Shown: positions 27,072 through 38,177, counted from the stretch's first letter. The stretch: 60,797 nucleotides of DNA from Gammaproteobacteria bacterium (GCA_045105815.1 JBGCDX010000039.1:1-60797); one strand, 5' to 3'. Numbers and translations: made by a program. Notes: generated from the letters alone by a model not told the origin.

Positions 27072-28448
27072 TTAACTATTTATTAAGTTATTTGTCGGCA
27101 GATTAGCCAGCTGCTGAGTCAAAAAACTACTCGTTGCATTCAATTGCCCGACCAAACCATCGAGAGCACCATATTGTCTTCGTAATCTACGTTCGGTAAG
27201 AGCAACACGATCTTCTATTCGTTCAATATTGCCATCAATTTGAGATCGGCTATCACTCAATCCATCTGTACGTGCTTGAATTAAACCACCGGTTTGCACA
27301 TAGCTAGATAGAATTGAATCGATGGCTTGTGAAAAACCATTATCAGGATTAGCAAACAATTGCACAACACCATTAAAATCTTCTTCGATAGCTGCATCAT
27401 ATTTCTCAGTGTCTAAGCTCAACACACCATCACGATCAAACGTTAACCCTACTTCAAATAAATATTGATAGTTGCTACCCTCTACATTTAATCTATTAGT
27501 AAACACTTGACGTACTCGTGTTTCAATACCGAGCAGTAAAGACTCACCTTGCAAGGTTGATTCACGTTGTGTATTTAAACCAATAATTAAATCATTGTAA
27601 GCAGTGACTGCTGCTTCAATTCCACTTCTTCCAACAGAACGATCTTCACTAACAGACAATGAAGCCGTGCCAATGTCTTTTAAAGACAAGGTCACACCTT
27701 CGATAACATCCGAGATTTCATTCGAAGAACGGGTAACATCAAAACCATCTACAGTAAGTGTCGCGTCTTGAGCAATATCAATTTCTTGTAAATTTTGTGT
27801 GCCGCCCGCAACAAATACTAATGCAGAAAGACCTGCAGCATCCGTGTCATTACCGTCACCATCTCCGGTTACGGTCACATTTATCGCACTTAATGTGCCA
27901 CTTTCTTCAGAAGTTAAGATCAGATGACTGCCATCATCTGCAGTTATAATAGATGCTGACACGCCTGCATTATCGGCATTATCATTTATCGCATCGCGTA
28001 TACCGAGCAATGTATTATTATTATCATTAATACTAATAGAAAATGCATCTGTACCTACCGAAATATTTAACTCTCCATTTCCTACTACACTATCACCATT
28101 AACAAAGGCTGAAGAAGCTAATTTACTTTTTTGTGCCAAAGTTAAAACTTCTATATCACTAGCAATAGGCACAGAGCCTTCACCTACTGATGCTGTAATC
28201 ACCGCATCATCACTAGAAGTAACGCTAAAAGACCTAAAGCCAGAAGATAAATTTAAATCAGCAACACCTGACTGAAAATTTGCTACGGTATCCCTTACAG
28301 CACCTAATGCACTAATCTGGATATCAATTTCAGTTTGACGTGTTTGAAGTAATTGAATAGGTCGGCGTTCAACGGCTACTAATTGATTTACGATTGATTC
28401 GATATCAATCCCTGAACCGATACCTAATGATGTTATTGAACCTGCCAT
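27072..28448 (-). CDS. fliD: filament cap protein FliD
   Basis: 458 aa. N-terminal ITSLGIGSGIDIESIVNQLVAVERRPI and conserved C-terminal heptads. Confidence 0.93.
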   Translation of the reverse strand: MAGSITSLGIGSGIDIESIVNQLVAVERRPIQLLQTRQTEIDIQISALGAVRDTVANFQSGVADLNLSSGFRSFSVTSSDDAVITASVGEGSVPIASDIEVLTLAQKSKLASSAFVNGDSVVGNGELNISVGTDAFSISINDNNNTLLGIRDAINDNADNAGVSASIITADDGSHLILTSEESGTLSAINVTVTGDGDGNDTDAAGLSALVFVAGGTQNLQEIDIAQDATLTVDGFDVTRSSNEISDVIEGVTLSLKDIGTASLSVSEDRSVGRSGIEAAVTAYNDLIIGLNTQRESTLQGESLLLGIETRVRQVFTNRLNVEGSNYQYLFEVGLTFDRDGVLSLDTEKYDAAIEEDFNGVVQLFANPDNGFSQAIDSILSSYVQTGGLIQARTDGLSDSRSQIDGNIERIEDRVALTERRLRRQYGALDGLVGQLNATSSFLTQQLANLPTNNLINS

Positions 28449-28497
28449 AACGTTTTAATTCCAATCTATCCTTATATACTATTCTTGCATGATAACT

Positions 28498-28513
28498 AGC
28501 AATATTAATGCCA
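28498..28513 (-). promoter_or_regulatory. sigma-54 promoter of fliD
   Basis: Minus strand reads TGGCATTAATATTGCT, canonical register, about 50 nt upstream of the fliD ATG. Confidence 0.65.
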
Positions 28514-28520
28514 GTTGATA

Positions 28521-28919
28521 CTACCCTTGTGCATTCAATAAGAATCCAGCTTTTTCTATATCTGCTGCTATCGCTTCACGGATTATATTTGCCACTGCGA
28601 GGGCTTCTTTTGCCGGAATTTGGCGTATAACCTCCCCTGATTGAGTATCTGTAACCGTCACTACAGATTGGCCACTACCTTCATCAACAGAAAATCTTAA
28701 GTTTGTCTGAATTTTCTCAGTGAATTCGTTTAATTCTTTTGCAGCATTACGCACAACTTCGATATTCTGTGCAGCTTGCTCTGCAATTTGCTTTGCTTTT
28801 TCAGTATCAACCTTTGTATTGTTCGCAGGTGTTTTAGAAACATCTGCCGCAGCTCCGGGTTGTGTGGATTGAAAATTATTAGTAGCTACATTTGGTAATT
28901 TAATTACTTGTGCAACCAT
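28521..28919 (-). CDS. flaG: FlaG family protein
   Basis: 132 aa. LRFSVDEGSGQSVVTVTDTQSGEVIRQIP block. Located between the flagellin gene and fliD. Confidence 0.88.
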   Translation of the reverse strand: MVAQVIKLPNVATNNFQSTQPGAAADVSKTPANNTKVDTEKAKQIAEQAAQNIEVVRNAAKELNEFTEKIQTNLRFSVDEGSGQSVVTVTDTQSGEVIRQIPAKEALAVANIIREAIAADIEKAGFLLNAQG

Positions 28920-28950
28920 TATGAATCTCCTATTAAAACCTTTCGGCTAT

Positions 28951-28983
28951 GCATCTGGAAGGGATAGGTAGAGTTCCAGATGC
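28951..28983 (-). terminator. stem-loop after the flagellin gene (terminator/attenuator)
   Basis: GCATCTGGAA-13 nt-TTCCAGATGC, a 10-bp perfect stem 25 nt after the fliC stop. It is followed on the minus strand by AGCCGAAAGGTTTT (small GAAA-loop hairpin plus T-run) and then the flaG RBS. Confidence 0.5.
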
Positions 28984-29007
28984 ATAAACACGAAAGTTAA
29001 TTGTCCA

Positions 29008-30354
29008 TTACTGAAGTAGTGACAATACGTTCTGAGGCAAAGAATTTGCCTGAGAAACAATTGCTAGACCTGCCTGTTGTAGAATCTGCGAACGGGTTAA
29101 GTTTGCAGTTTCTGCAGCAAAGTCAGCGTCTTGAATACGCGAACGTGCAGCAGTCAAGTTCTCAACCGTAATCTGAAGGTTAGAAATAGTGGATTCAAAA
29201 CGTGTTTGAACCGAACCTAATTCAGATCGCAAGGTATTAATTTGTTGCAATGCCGCATCAACCGTTAATAACGTAGCGTTAGAATCTGCTTGAGTCAAAA
29301 TGCTAATGCCGTTTGCGGTTTGGTCTGCACCACCCGCACCCACTGCATTACCACTTAGCACTGTTGGTGCAGTACCACCCACTACCGCTGGAGTACCCAC
29401 CTCAGATGAAAGTGTAATACCGGCCTGAACCGTTTGTGCAGCACCACCTAATCCCACGCCATTATCAATTTCAATGGTAGAACCGTTAGTGTTACTTAAC
29501 ACAATCGCTCCAGTGGTACCTGAAGCAGTAACACCAGTTTGTGCTGAGAAATTGTTAATGGTATCAAGATCCGTAGCATCACCCGCAAGCGTCAATGAAA
29601 CACCATTAATATTTGCAGCGCCCGCAGCGTTAACCAATGGTCCAGTAGTAACCGTAGTATTAACCTGAGCTGAAACACCAGAAGTAGCTGTCACATTATT
29701 AATAGCATTGGCAAGCTGTGTAGTGGTTGCTCCTGCAGCCAAGCCAGAAAAATCCACTGCAACACCTTGTACAGTTAAATCATTTGCTGCCACGGAAGCA
29801 TCAACTTGAGCCTGCTCAATAGATCCACTTACAGAAACGTTCGCACCCAAAGTAGAACCACGTGCATCTACACCATCTACGCTAATAGTCTGGTTTTGAT
29901 TTGCACCAACCTGGAATACTAATGTACTTGCAGTACCATCCAGAATGTTTTGACCGTTAAATTGTGTGCTGTTTGAAATACGATTCACTTCAGCAATTAA
30001 CTGCTGCACTTCATTATTAAGTGCTTGGCGGTCAGTAGATGAGTTAGTATCGTTAGCAGACTGTACGGCTAGCTCACGAACACGCTGTAATGCATCGGTT
30101 GCCGTTGACAACGCGCCTTCAGCGGTTTGTGAAAACGAAATACCATCATTTGAGTTACGAATAGCTTGGTTCAGACCACGAATTTGTGAAGTAAATCGTT
30201 CTGCAATCGCTAGACCGGCAGCATCATCACTTGCACTGTTAATTCGCAAACCTGAAGACAAACGCTCCAATGAGGTTTGTAACGAACCTTGCGTTGTATT
30301 TAAGTTTCGTTGAGCATTCAACGAAAACAAGTTTGTGTTAATAATTTGAGGCAT
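29008..30354 (-). CDS. fliC: flagellin
   Basis: 448 aa. N-terminal INTNLFSLNAQRNLN...LSSGLRINSASDDAAGLAI and C-terminal ...ILQQAGLAIVSQANSLPQNVLSLLQ. Confidence 0.97.
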   Translation of the reverse strand: MPQIINTNLFSLNAQRNLNTTQGSLQTSLERLSSGLRINSASDDAAGLAIAERFTSQIRGLNQAIRNSNDGISFSQTAEGALSTATDALQRVRELAVQSANDTNSSTDRQALNNEVQQLIAEVNRISNSTQFNGQNILDGTASTLVFQVGANQNQTISVDGVDARGSTLGANVSVSGSIEQAQVDASVAANDLTVQGVAVDFSGLAAGATTTQLANAINNVTATSGVSAQVNTTVTTGPLVNAAGAANINGVSLTLAGDATDLDTINNFSAQTGVTASGTTGAIVLSNTNGSTIEIDNGVGLGGAAQTVQAGITLSSEVGTPAVVGGTAPTVLSGNAVGAGGADQTANGISILTQADSNATLLTVDAALQQINTLRSELGSVQTRFESTISNLQITVENLTAARSRIQDADFAAETANLTRSQILQQAGLAIVSQANSLPQNVLSLLQ

Positions 30355-30452
30355 TTTACTTACTCCTTAGTAGTTCATCCTTTATTAAGTCCAAAATCTC
30401 TAAGAGACTTCGACACCGTAAAGAACCAAGCCTCTACGTTGTCCTGCTAAGC

Positions 30453-30479
30453 TTATCGGCGTGTGATTTAAATCCTTTA
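30453..30479 (-). promoter_or_regulatory. sigma-28 promoter of flagellin gene
   Basis: Minus strand reads TAAA-GGATTTAAATCACAC-GCCGATAA, an exact consensus match, about 100 nt upstream of the fliC ATG. Confidence 0.8.
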
Positions 30480-30509
30480 AGGATATTTGTGAAAAAATGT
30501 AAGAAATTC

Positions 30510-30538
30510 AATCAACTACACATGGCAGCAAGTTGATT
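30510..30538 (-). terminator. stem-loop after flgL (possible terminator)
   Basis: AATCAACT-13 nt-AGTTGATT, an 8-bp AT-rich stem between the flgL stop and the fliC promoter, with T-rich flanks. Confidence 0.3.
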
Positions 30539-30601
30539 TTCTTTAATGGTAAAACTTATAGAGAGTAGTTTTATCCGACGAAGGGTCAATTTAATTTAGA
30601 A

Positions 30602-31804
30602 TTAAAGAAAGTTAAATAAACTTTGACCACGAACTTGTGAAAATGCACCTTGTATTGCCTGCAAAGTGGTTTGTTGTAATTGCAGTTGTGTAATGGCTTG
30701 TGCGTAATCTAAGTCTTCAATTTGTGAACGCGTAGTTTGTAATTCAATTTTTGCACCCTCATTTTCTATATTTGCGGTCTCAATTGAATTTTGTCGCGTA
30801 CCAATAAAGGTACGAGTATTAAGTATATTGGTCAATGCGTTATCTACATCACCGATGGTTCGATCTAATGCTTGAGTATAACGTGCTTGATCAGCAGGAT
30901 CTGAAGGATCAGTCTCCAACGCATCAATAAAAATCTGCAGTGTCGCAAACACATCTTGTCTTCGACTTGCATTCGATTGAAATTCATCACCCGCTTGCGG
31001 TTCACCTGATATCACGATTTCTGCACCATTAAAATTAATCGCTTGACCCGAAACATAATTCTGACCCGCTAAAACTGTAGTAGCCGTTGTGTTATTAACG
31101 ACATCAAATATCGTTGGCGATGTAAACGTTATACTAAAATCATTTGCTTGAAAACCAGCGCTATCAATCACAGATCCCGCCGTTATAATCCCATCACCTG
31201 CATTAGTAGCATTTGATGTGGTTGCAAAATTACCATTACCATTCTTGATATTTACAAAAACATCGTATCCAGACTCAGAAGACACAATGTTGCGATTGGC
31301 AGAAACTTTTAGAGAAAGTTGATTTTGATCGCCGTTATACTCTACACCTGTTGCAGTTTGCGTAAATGGCTCCGTACGGTTCTTAGAACCTGAGAACAAA
31401 TAATTTCCATTCCCATCACGTGCATTAGCGTAATCAAGAATTTCTTCCAGTCTTTGCTCTACTTCAGCTCGAATAATGGCGCGTGTTTCACCTGTTTGAC
31501 TACCGCTATTCGCCTGTAAAGCCAAATCTCTAACGCGTTGCAATGAATTATTCACACTGGATAAGGTAGCGTCCTCTAGACCTAAGCGCTGATTAGCAAA
31601 TATACTATTACGTTGAAATTGATCAATACTTCCAATAGCTTGATTCAAATCAATGATTCGCGCTGTTTCTGCAGGCCCATCAGAAGGCTTATTGATGCGC
31701 TTACCTGTTCCAATTTGATTTTGAATTTCTGAAATTTCAAATTGTTGTTTAGCGATATCCACCGCAGTCTTTTGAAATAAATAAGCTGTAGTAACTCTAG
31801 TCAT
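30602..31804 (-). CDS. flgL: hook-filament junction protein FlgL
   Basis: 400 aa. Flagellin-like conserved termini. Follows flgK. Confidence 0.9.
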   Translation of the reverse strand: MTRVTTAYLFQKTAVDIAKQQFEISEIQNQIGTGKRINKPSDGPAETARIIDLNQAIGSIDQFQRNSIFANQRLGLEDATLSSVNNSLQRVRDLALQANSGSQTGETRAIIRAEVEQRLEEILDYANARDGNGNYLFSGSKNRTEPFTQTATGVEYNGDQNQLSLKVSANRNIVSSESGYDVFVNIKNGNGNFATTSNATNAGDGIITAGSVIDSAGFQANDFSITFTSPTIFDVVNNTTATTVLAGQNYVSGQAINFNGAEIVISGEPQAGDEFQSNASRRQDVFATLQIFIDALETDPSDPADQARYTQALDRTIGDVDNALTNILNTRTFIGTRQNSIETANIENEGAKIELQTTRSQIEDLDYAQAITQLQLQQTTLQAIQGAFSQVRGQSLFNFL

Positions 31805-31814
31805 AATATATTTA

Positions 31815-33713
31815 CTATCGTATTGCGGCTAAAAAGGTATCAAACAATGTATTTGAAGTAGAAATTACTTGTGCTGCTGCTTGATATGCTTGTTGATATC
31901 TCACTAGATCAACCGCCTCTTCATCCAAATTTACACCAGAAACACTATCTCTTGTTTGCACTGCTTGATCAAATAACGCTTGTTGTGTTTGGCTACTGAT
32001 ACTAGTTTGTCTACTCACTGTGCCGATTTGGCTTACTAACGAGCCATAACCTTCTTGCAAAGTTGCAGTACCACCCAGCGTTTGTGAAGTTTGCAAACCA
32101 AGCAATGCCACTACATTACTATTATCGCCCACTCCTCCGGTGTTTCTCTCAATGGTAAAAACATCACCCGCTTCAGGTTGATTTTGTATTTGTACACGTA
32201 TGCCATTAACATCAATGTCTGCATTATCTGTATAAGCTACGCCTGCAGAAACTGTGGCACCATCCGTTACATTTACAATATCAAACGTTGATGCTGGTGA
32301 ATTAAATCGAATTTCAACCGTATCAAAAAAGTCCGCATTATTTACATCGAGAACTTCGGTAGCCGTAATAACACCACTGCCAATATTCGATGTATTCTCC
32401 AAACTACGCACTGGAGATGCAGCAGCTATCTGACTTGTATTATTAAGTAACAAATCAATGCCTGATGCGCCATTTCTTGTTGGCTGAACCAAAAAGCTAT
32501 CACCAGATACTGCGGCACCTGCAATATCTACCTGTATACCATCAATATTTAGCGGACCGGTCGCTGCACTCGTATTCACACCATCGCTTAAACGCGTGAG
32601 CGTATAATTACTGCCATCAAAGCTTAATTCATAATCTGAACTGGTCAATTGACTAAAGTCAGTAATGGATGTGGTTACAGATGCAGCGCCTGTGTTATTT
32701 TGACTCGCTAATGTTTGCGGTTGAGACGTTGCAAAAAATTGTGCGCCCAACGAACCATTTGTATCCAAACCCGATTGATGCTGGCCATTAAACTCGTTAG
32801 CTAGCACTAACGCTAAACGACCGGTTTGATTTCGTATCTCACCAAGCTGCTCTGATCTAAAATCCAACAAACCACTTAAGCTCCCACCCGTAATTTTATC
32901 TGTTATATCAAACGAGCTTGCACCAACTTCTACACCTACACTTAATTCACCAGGGTTGGTGGGATCATTGAGTGCTACTAACTGTCTTGACAAGTTTCCA
33001 ATGACAACCGATTCACCCCCACCTACAAAGACATTAAGCGAACCATCGCTAAGTTCAACTGTATTGACAGCAATACGTTCAGATAAGCGTCCCACCAATA
33101 CATTTCTTTGATCTACTAAATCATTTGGCACGCCACCCGCAGATGATGCTGCCCTCGCTTCTACTACCGCTTTATTTAAATCTGCAATTCCAGATGTCAG
33201 ACTATTAATATCATTAACATCACCTCTCAAGCGTGTGTTTATTTCTTGATTAATATCATTAAAGCTTGAATCTAAGTCTTTAAATCGAGCAACCAATGTT
33301 TCAGAGTTACTTAATACTACTTGGCGAGCTGGCACTGATGCAGGATCATTTGAAAGATCTTGCAAACTGTTAAAAAAGTTTTGTAGTGCACTATCTAATC
33401 CACCTTGAGAGCCCGCTACTTGATTTTCTACACGCTGAATTAATCCAAGATATGAATCTAAACGTGCAACATCCGAAGCACTAGATTGCACTCGTGCATT
33501 GAGAAATTGATCTTCAATACGTTGTACGCCAGAAACTTTTGAACCGCTACCAAAAAACCCATCACCAAAAGCTTGTGAGGGTCGCGTTGTAATGTCTACA
33601 CGTTGACGTGTATACCCTTCTGTACCAACATTGGCCACATTATTCGCAGTCGTTGCAAGTGCTCGTTGAAATACTTGCAATCCTGTTATCGCTACACTTG
33701 CTGGATCTGCCAC
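31815..33713 (-). CDS. flgK: hook-filament junction protein FlgK
   Basis: 632 aa. N-terminal ITGLQVFQRALATTANNVANVGTEGYTRQ. Confidence 0.93.
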   Translation of the reverse strand: MADPASVAITGLQVFQRALATTANNVANVGTEGYTRQRVDITTRPSQAFGDGFFGSGSKVSGVQRIEDQFLNARVQSSASDVARLDSYLGLIQRVENQVAGSQGGLDSALQNFFNSLQDLSNDPASVPARQVVLSNSETLVARFKDLDSSFNDINQEINTRLRGDVNDINSLTSGIADLNKAVVEARAASSAGGVPNDLVDQRNVLVGRLSERIAVNTVELSDGSLNVFVGGGESVVIGNLSRQLVALNDPTNPGELSVGVEVGASSFDITDKITGGSLSGLLDFRSEQLGEIRNQTGRLALVLANEFNGQHQSGLDTNGSLGAQFFATSQPQTLASQNNTGAASVTTSITDFSQLTSSDYELSFDGSNYTLTRLSDGVNTSAATGPLNIDGIQVDIAGAAVSGDSFLVQPTRNGASGIDLLLNNTSQIAAASPVRSLENTSNIGSGVITATEVLDVNNADFFDTVEIRFNSPASTFDIVNVTDGATVSAGVAYTDNADIDVNGIRVQIQNQPEAGDVFTIERNTGGVGDNSNVVALLGLQTSQTLGGTATLQEGYGSLVSQIGTVSRQTSISSQTQQALFDQAVQTRDSVSGVNLDEEAVDLVRYQQAYQAAAQVISTSNTLFDTFLAAIR

Positions 33714-33730
33714 GTTACTATCTCTTTATC

Positions 33731-34789
33731 TTAATGGGTTTTATTGGTTTCAAAACTAGAAACCACGTCGCCAGTGGTCTCACTAGCTGATGTTGATGTA
33801 TTTAATGAATGGATAGCATTATTCAAAATGCTACCATTTAAGATCGAATTAACCTTTTTTGCATAATTTGGATCTGTTGCATAACCCGCTTTTTGCAATT
33901 CATTAACAAATACATTTGCATCAGCACGGTTATTGATTGCATCTTGATAACGAGGATTACTCAGCAAAAACTCTGCAAAATCGTTAAACGACTCTGCGGG
34001 TGTATCATAAGCTCTAAAGTTATCTTGAATTTTAATCATTTTTTCACCATCAAATTCTTTTGTGACATTAGAAACTTCTGGACCTTGCCAATTGTTTGCT
34101 TTAATACCGAAATAATTAAAGGAATCTTTCCCTAATTTAGCTTGCGGTGTATGCAAACCCCAGCCTGTCTCTAGTGCTGCTATTGCAACTAATACATCGG
34201 CAGATACATTCAATTTTGTAGCTGCCTGCTCTGCATGCGGGTAAACTAATGTTACAAACTGCTCTGGTATAGATAAGTTCTTATTATTTGTAATCTCAAT
34301 ATTTTCATCTATTTCTTTAGTAACTAATTGTTTTAAAGTAGTTTTAAATGAATCTATAGCATTAATTTTAGGTGCCTCAATCGAAGCTACCACTGTAGTA
34401 GGAGTGGATCCTTCTGAGGAAACGGCTGAAGATGAATAAGCACTACGGCGAAACAATGCGTCTGGTTGCAAACTCGAACTCTCTATAGATGGATCTGTAT
34501 TACCGATAAACTGTCCGCGAAGTAATTTAGCCACTGCAAAAGTTTCTTGTGAGGCAAGGTCAGTTGCCAATTGTTGATCATGCCATTCTTGATAAAAATC
34601 TGATTTATCACTATCAAGCAGCCCTGTTGACAACGAGGCTGTTCGCATGCTCTTAAGCATTGATTGAATAAAAAAAGCTTCAAATTTCTGTGCGGCTTTG
34701 GCAATCTCTTCGGACTGCTCGTTTGCACCTTGCTGTGTAGACTTCAAGTAATCACTCAGTCCTTTTACTACATTTATACTCGATTCCAT
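33731..34789 (-). CDS. flgJ: rod cap/peptidoglycan hydrolase FlgJ
   Basis: 352 aa. N-terminal rod-binding segment (AQKFEAFFIQSMLKSMR) plus a C-terminal glucosaminidase domain (IAALETGWG, NYFGIKA). Confidence 0.92.
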   Translation of the reverse strand: MESSINVVKGLSDYLKSTQQGANEQSEEIAKAAQKFEAFFIQSMLKSMRTASLSTGLLDSDKSDFYQEWHDQQLATDLASQETFAVAKLLRGQFIGNTDPSIESSSLQPDALFRRSAYSSSAVSSEGSTPTTVVASIEAPKINAIDSFKTTLKQLVTKEIDENIEITNNKNLSIPEQFVTLVYPHAEQAATKLNVSADVLVAIAALETGWGLHTPQAKLGKDSFNYFGIKANNWQGPEVSNVTKEFDGEKMIKIQDNFRAYDTPAESFNDFAEFLLSNPRYQDAINNRADANVFVNELQKAGYATDPNYAKKVNSILNGSILNNAIHSLNTSTSASETTGDVVSSFETNKTH

Positions 34790-34805
34790 CGCACCAGGAC
34801 CTTCA

Positions 34806-35918
34806 TTATATAATCACTAGTTCAGCACGTAACGAACCTGCTTGTTTAAGCGCTTCTAAAATAGCCACCAAATCACCTGGAGCTGCACCCACTTGATTAA
34901 CCGCATTAACAATCTCGTTAAGCGTAACTCCTGGTCCAAATACAAACATCCGATTTGATTCTTGCTCTATTTCAATATTCGTACGATCGACAACAACGGT
35001 TTCACCATCTGAAAATTCGTTGGGCTGACTCACTAATGGATCTGAAGTGATCGTAACCGCTAAGCTACCATGCGTGACTGCGGCTGGCGTAACACTTACG
35101 TTTGATCCAATCACTACCGTACCAGTCCTAGAATTAACAATTACTTTAGCTGCAGCTTCACCAGGTATTAATTCAATGTTTTCAATGTCTGCCACATATG
35201 CCACCTTTGAAACCTGTCCAAATGGCGCGTCAATTTTTACGGTCACAGCATCTACCGCATAAGCTACATTTTGTTTGAAGTGTTTATTAATTCGATTTTG
35301 AACACGTCTAGCGGTTGTAAAGTCAGCTGCATGTAAATTTAAGTATAATTCCTCACTTTCAGCAAAGGGAGAAGGCACAGAACGTTCAACAGTCGCACCG
35401 TTAGGAATGCGTCCTGCGGTAGGGATATTAATGCTAATACTTGAGCCATCACTCCCTTGCACACCTAAACCACCGACAACAAGGTTACCTTGTGCAATGG
35501 CATAAACTTGGCCATCGATACCACGTAATGGTGTTATTAACAGACTCCCTCCACGCAAGCTCTTAGCATTACCCAATGAAGAGATCGTTATATCAATATT
35601 TTGGCCAGGTTTAGTAAATGGTGATAACTCTGCATGCACAGTTACCGCAGCCACATTTTTTAATTGTGGGTTAATATCAGGTGGAATGGTTACACCATAT
35701 TGTTTTAAAAAACTTTTTAAACTTTGAATAGTAAAAGGTGTTTGTGAGGTTTGATCACCTGTACCATCCAAACCCACCACCAATCCATAACCAAGCAACT
35801 GGTTAGTTCGTACACCAGCAAAAGATGAAATATCTTTTATACGTTCCGCATAAACATTATTAGCAAGTAGAAATAACGTTAATGTAAATCCAAATATAAT
35901 TAATTTTTTTATCATCAT
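34806..35918 (-). CDS. flgI: P-ring protein FlgI
   Basis: 370 aa. Signal peptide and the conserved [30 protein letters not shown] block. Confidence 0.96.
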   Translation of the reverse strand: MMIKKLIIFGFTLTLFLLANNVYAERIKDISSFAGVRTNQLLGYGLVVGLDGTGDQTSQTPFTIQSLKSFLKQYGVTIPPDINPQLKNVAAVTVHAELSPFTKPGQNIDITISSLGNAKSLRGGSLLITPLRGIDGQVYAIAQGNLVVGGLGVQGSDGSSISINIPTAGRIPNGATVERSVPSPFAESEELYLNLHAADFTTARRVQNRINKHFKQNVAYAVDAVTVKIDAPFGQVSKVAYVADIENIELIPGEAAAKVIVNSRTGTVVIGSNVSVTPAAVTHGSLAVTITSDPLVSQPNEFSDGETVVVDRTNIEIEQESNRMFVFGPGVTLNEIVNAVNQVGAAPGDLVAILEALKQAGSLRAELVII

Positions 35919-35923
35919 AATTT

Positions 35924-36586
35924 TTAATATGGTAAAAGCGCTGAAAAGAAAAATTTAGTTAACCAACCCGGCTTACTGCTATCACTAACAATCCCTTTAC
36001 CTTTATAAGTAATCTGCGCATTAGCCACCTGGTTTGAAAGAACGGTATTGTCAGTTGTAACATCATATGGCCGAACAATTCCTGAAACTCTGACCACTTC
36101 ACTTCCTTCATTCAATTCTATTAGTTTTTCACCTTTAACAAGCAAATACCCATTTGAATAAACTTGATGGACCATTACAGTTATGTTTCCCTCTATACTA
36201 TTTTCTTGCGTAGTCTCACCTTCACCATTGAATTCTTGCGCAGACTCAATATCATTTACAATTTCATTTAAACGATTATTCTTTCCAAATAATGTTGGAG
36301 CTGGAATACCAATCGTTGAATCTTTATCTGCTTCTGTACTAGCTGATTTAGATGCATTAATACTTTCCTCAAGTACTACGGTAATCAAATCACCCACTCT
36401 CCTTGCTTTTACATCTTCAAATAAAAATAAGTTTGAAGATGGATCATAAATAGCACCATCCACAGTTGCTTTTGCTTCTGGCATCATAGCTTCGCTAGGG
36501 GCGTACTCTGGATCTTTAAGACCACCAACTGAAGAGCACCCAGCATTAATCCAACTCAATATCAATATAGTGATTATGTATTTCAT
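35924..36586 (-). CDS. flgH: L-ring lipoprotein FlgH
   Basis: 220 aa. Lipobox INAGC and the conserved [10 protein letters not shown] block. Confidence 0.95.
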   Translation of the reverse strand: MKYIITILILSWINAGCSSVGGLKDPEYAPSEAMMPEAKATVDGAIYDPSSNLFLFEDVKARRVGDLITVVLEESINASKSASTEADKDSTIGIPAPTLFGKNNRLNEIVNDIESAQEFNGEGETTQENSIEGNITVMVHQVYSNGYLLVKGEKLIELNEGSEVVRVSGIVRPYDVTTDNTVLSNQVANAQITYKGKGIVSDSSKPGWLTKFFFSALLPY

Positions 36587-36600
36587 ATTTTTATAACAAA

Positions 36601-37389
36601 TTAGATTGTATTGTTAGCAAACTCAATCATGCTGCTAATGGTTTCTATTGCACGCGAATTAACTTCATATACACGTTGCGTCTCGATCATATTAATCAAT
36701 TCAGTAACAATATTTACATTGGAGGTTTCCAAAGAACCTTGGTCAAGTGCACCCAAGCCATTTTCACCTGGTGTGCCAATTTGTGGTGTGCCTGATGCAG
36801 CTGTTTCAAAAAGTAAATTACTTCCACGTGCTTGCAAACCTGTTGGGTTTACAAAATCTGCTAATTGAATATTGCCGACTTGAGTAGGTGCTGCTGAACC
36901 ACTAACTTGTGCCGATACAGTACCGTCCGCACCAACCGTTATATTTACAACATTGGGTGGAATGGTTATCGAAGGTTGCAGAACATATCCGCTAGAATTT
37001 ACAATTTGTCCTGTAGAATCTAATGTGAATGTTCCATCCCGCGTATACCCAATGGTGCCATCAGGCTGTAGAATTTGAAAAAAGCCATTTCCTTGAATCG
37101 CCATATCTAATGAACCTTCAGTTCGAGTTAAATTACCTTGAGTAAATAACTTCTCTGTAGCTACCAAACGAACACCTGTTCCGACCTGTAAACCGGTTGG
37201 GAATTGAGTGTCTTGTGAAGACTGCGCACCGGGCTGCCTTACTGTTTGATAAAACAGATCCTCAAATACGGCTCGATCACTTTTAAAACCAGTTGTATTA
37301 GCGTTAGCCAAGTTATTTGCAATCACAGCTATTCTAGTTTGCTGTGTATCTAAACCTGTTTTTGCATTCCAAAGCGCTGTACTACTCAT
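36601..37389 (-). CDS. flgG: distal rod protein FlgG
   Basis: 262 aa. N-terminal NNLANANTTGFK and C-terminal SNVNIVTELINMIETQRVYEVNS. Confidence 0.96.
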   Translation of the reverse strand: MSSTALWNAKTGLDTQQTRIAVIANNLANANTTGFKSDRAVFEDLFYQTVRQPGAQSSQDTQFPTGLQVGTGVRLVATEKLFTQGNLTRTEGSLDMAIQGNGFFQILQPDGTIGYTRDGTFTLDSTGQIVNSSGYVLQPSITIPPNVVNITVGADGTVSAQVSGSAAPTQVGNIQLADFVNPTGLQARGSNLLFETAASGTPQIGTPGENGLGALDQGSLETSNVNIVTELINMIETQRVYEVNSRAIETISSMIEFANNTI

Positions 37390-37410
37390 ATTTTTTCCCT
37401 AAATATATAT

Positions 37411-38151
37411 TTAATTAATTCTTAACAACTGAGTTGTTGCTGAGTCATTTTCTTCAATGGCTTTCATCATCTTTACATGCATTTCAAAATTTCGTGTCAA
37501 TTCAATCATATCGAGCAACTCAGATACTGTATTTACATTACTAGATTCCAAAACACCCGATGTAACAGTTACCGATGCGTCCGCCTCAAGAGACACACCG
37601 GGAACCGCCCTTAACAACCCATCTTCACCTTTTACTAAATCCTCTGGCCCAGCATTGATCAATTTAATACGATCAATCGTGGCAAGAGTGGTAGCCTCTT
37701 GCCCTACAGGAAGAATTGAAATAGTCCCGTCTGAACCCACTTCAAGTTTTTCGAACGGAGGTAACGCAATCGGGCCATCATTTCCCATCACAGGATGGCC
37801 AGCTCCCGTTTCCAATAAACCTGCAGATGTAGTGTGTAAATCTCCAGCTCTTGTATATGCACTGCTTCCATCAGGCGCTTGCACTTCAATAAAACCGTTT
37901 CCACTAACCGCGATATCTAGTTCTCTACCTGTTTGTTGTATCGCACCGCTACTAAAATCTATACCGCTACGTTCATCTTGATTATAGATTCTACTTTCAT
38001 AACCCGGACCCACTACAGTCAGGCTATTAAAAGCATCAAAGTCTGCACGAAAACCAGTAGTACTCGCATTTGCAAGATTGTTAGTATTCGTAGCCTGGTG
38101 AAGCTGAACTTGCTTCGCACCATTCATTGCTACATACAATGCACGATCCAT
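37411..38151 (-). CDS. flgF: proximal rod protein FlgF
   Basis: 246 aa rod-family protein upstream of flgG. NNLANASTTGFR and SNVNTVSELLDMIELTRNFE. Confidence 0.93.
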   Translation of the reverse strand: MDRALYVAMNGAKQVQLHQATNTNNLANASTTGFRADFDAFNSLTVVGPGYESRIYNQDERSGIDFSSGAIQQTGRELDIAVSGNGFIEVQAPDGSSAYTRAGDLHTTSAGLLETGAGHPVMGNDGPIALPPFEKLEVGSDGTISILPVGQEATTLATIDRIKLINAGPEDLVKGEDGLLRAVPGVSLEADASVTVTSGVLESSNVNTVSELLDMIELTRNFEMHVKMMKAIEENDSATTQLLRIN

Positions 38152-38177
38152 AATCTATCTATATCCTTAATTTTTTA

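Noticed and set aside
28941-28950. GCCGAAAG upstream of flaG as a sigma-28 -10 box.
   Set aside because: There is no TAAA at 14-16 nt upstream. The sequence is better explained as the small GAAA-loop hairpin of the fliC terminator.
28449-30601. Possible flagellin glycosylation island or extra flagellin copies around fliC.
   Set aside because: There is only one flagellin gene. The flanking gaps are short regulatory regions with no additional ORFs.
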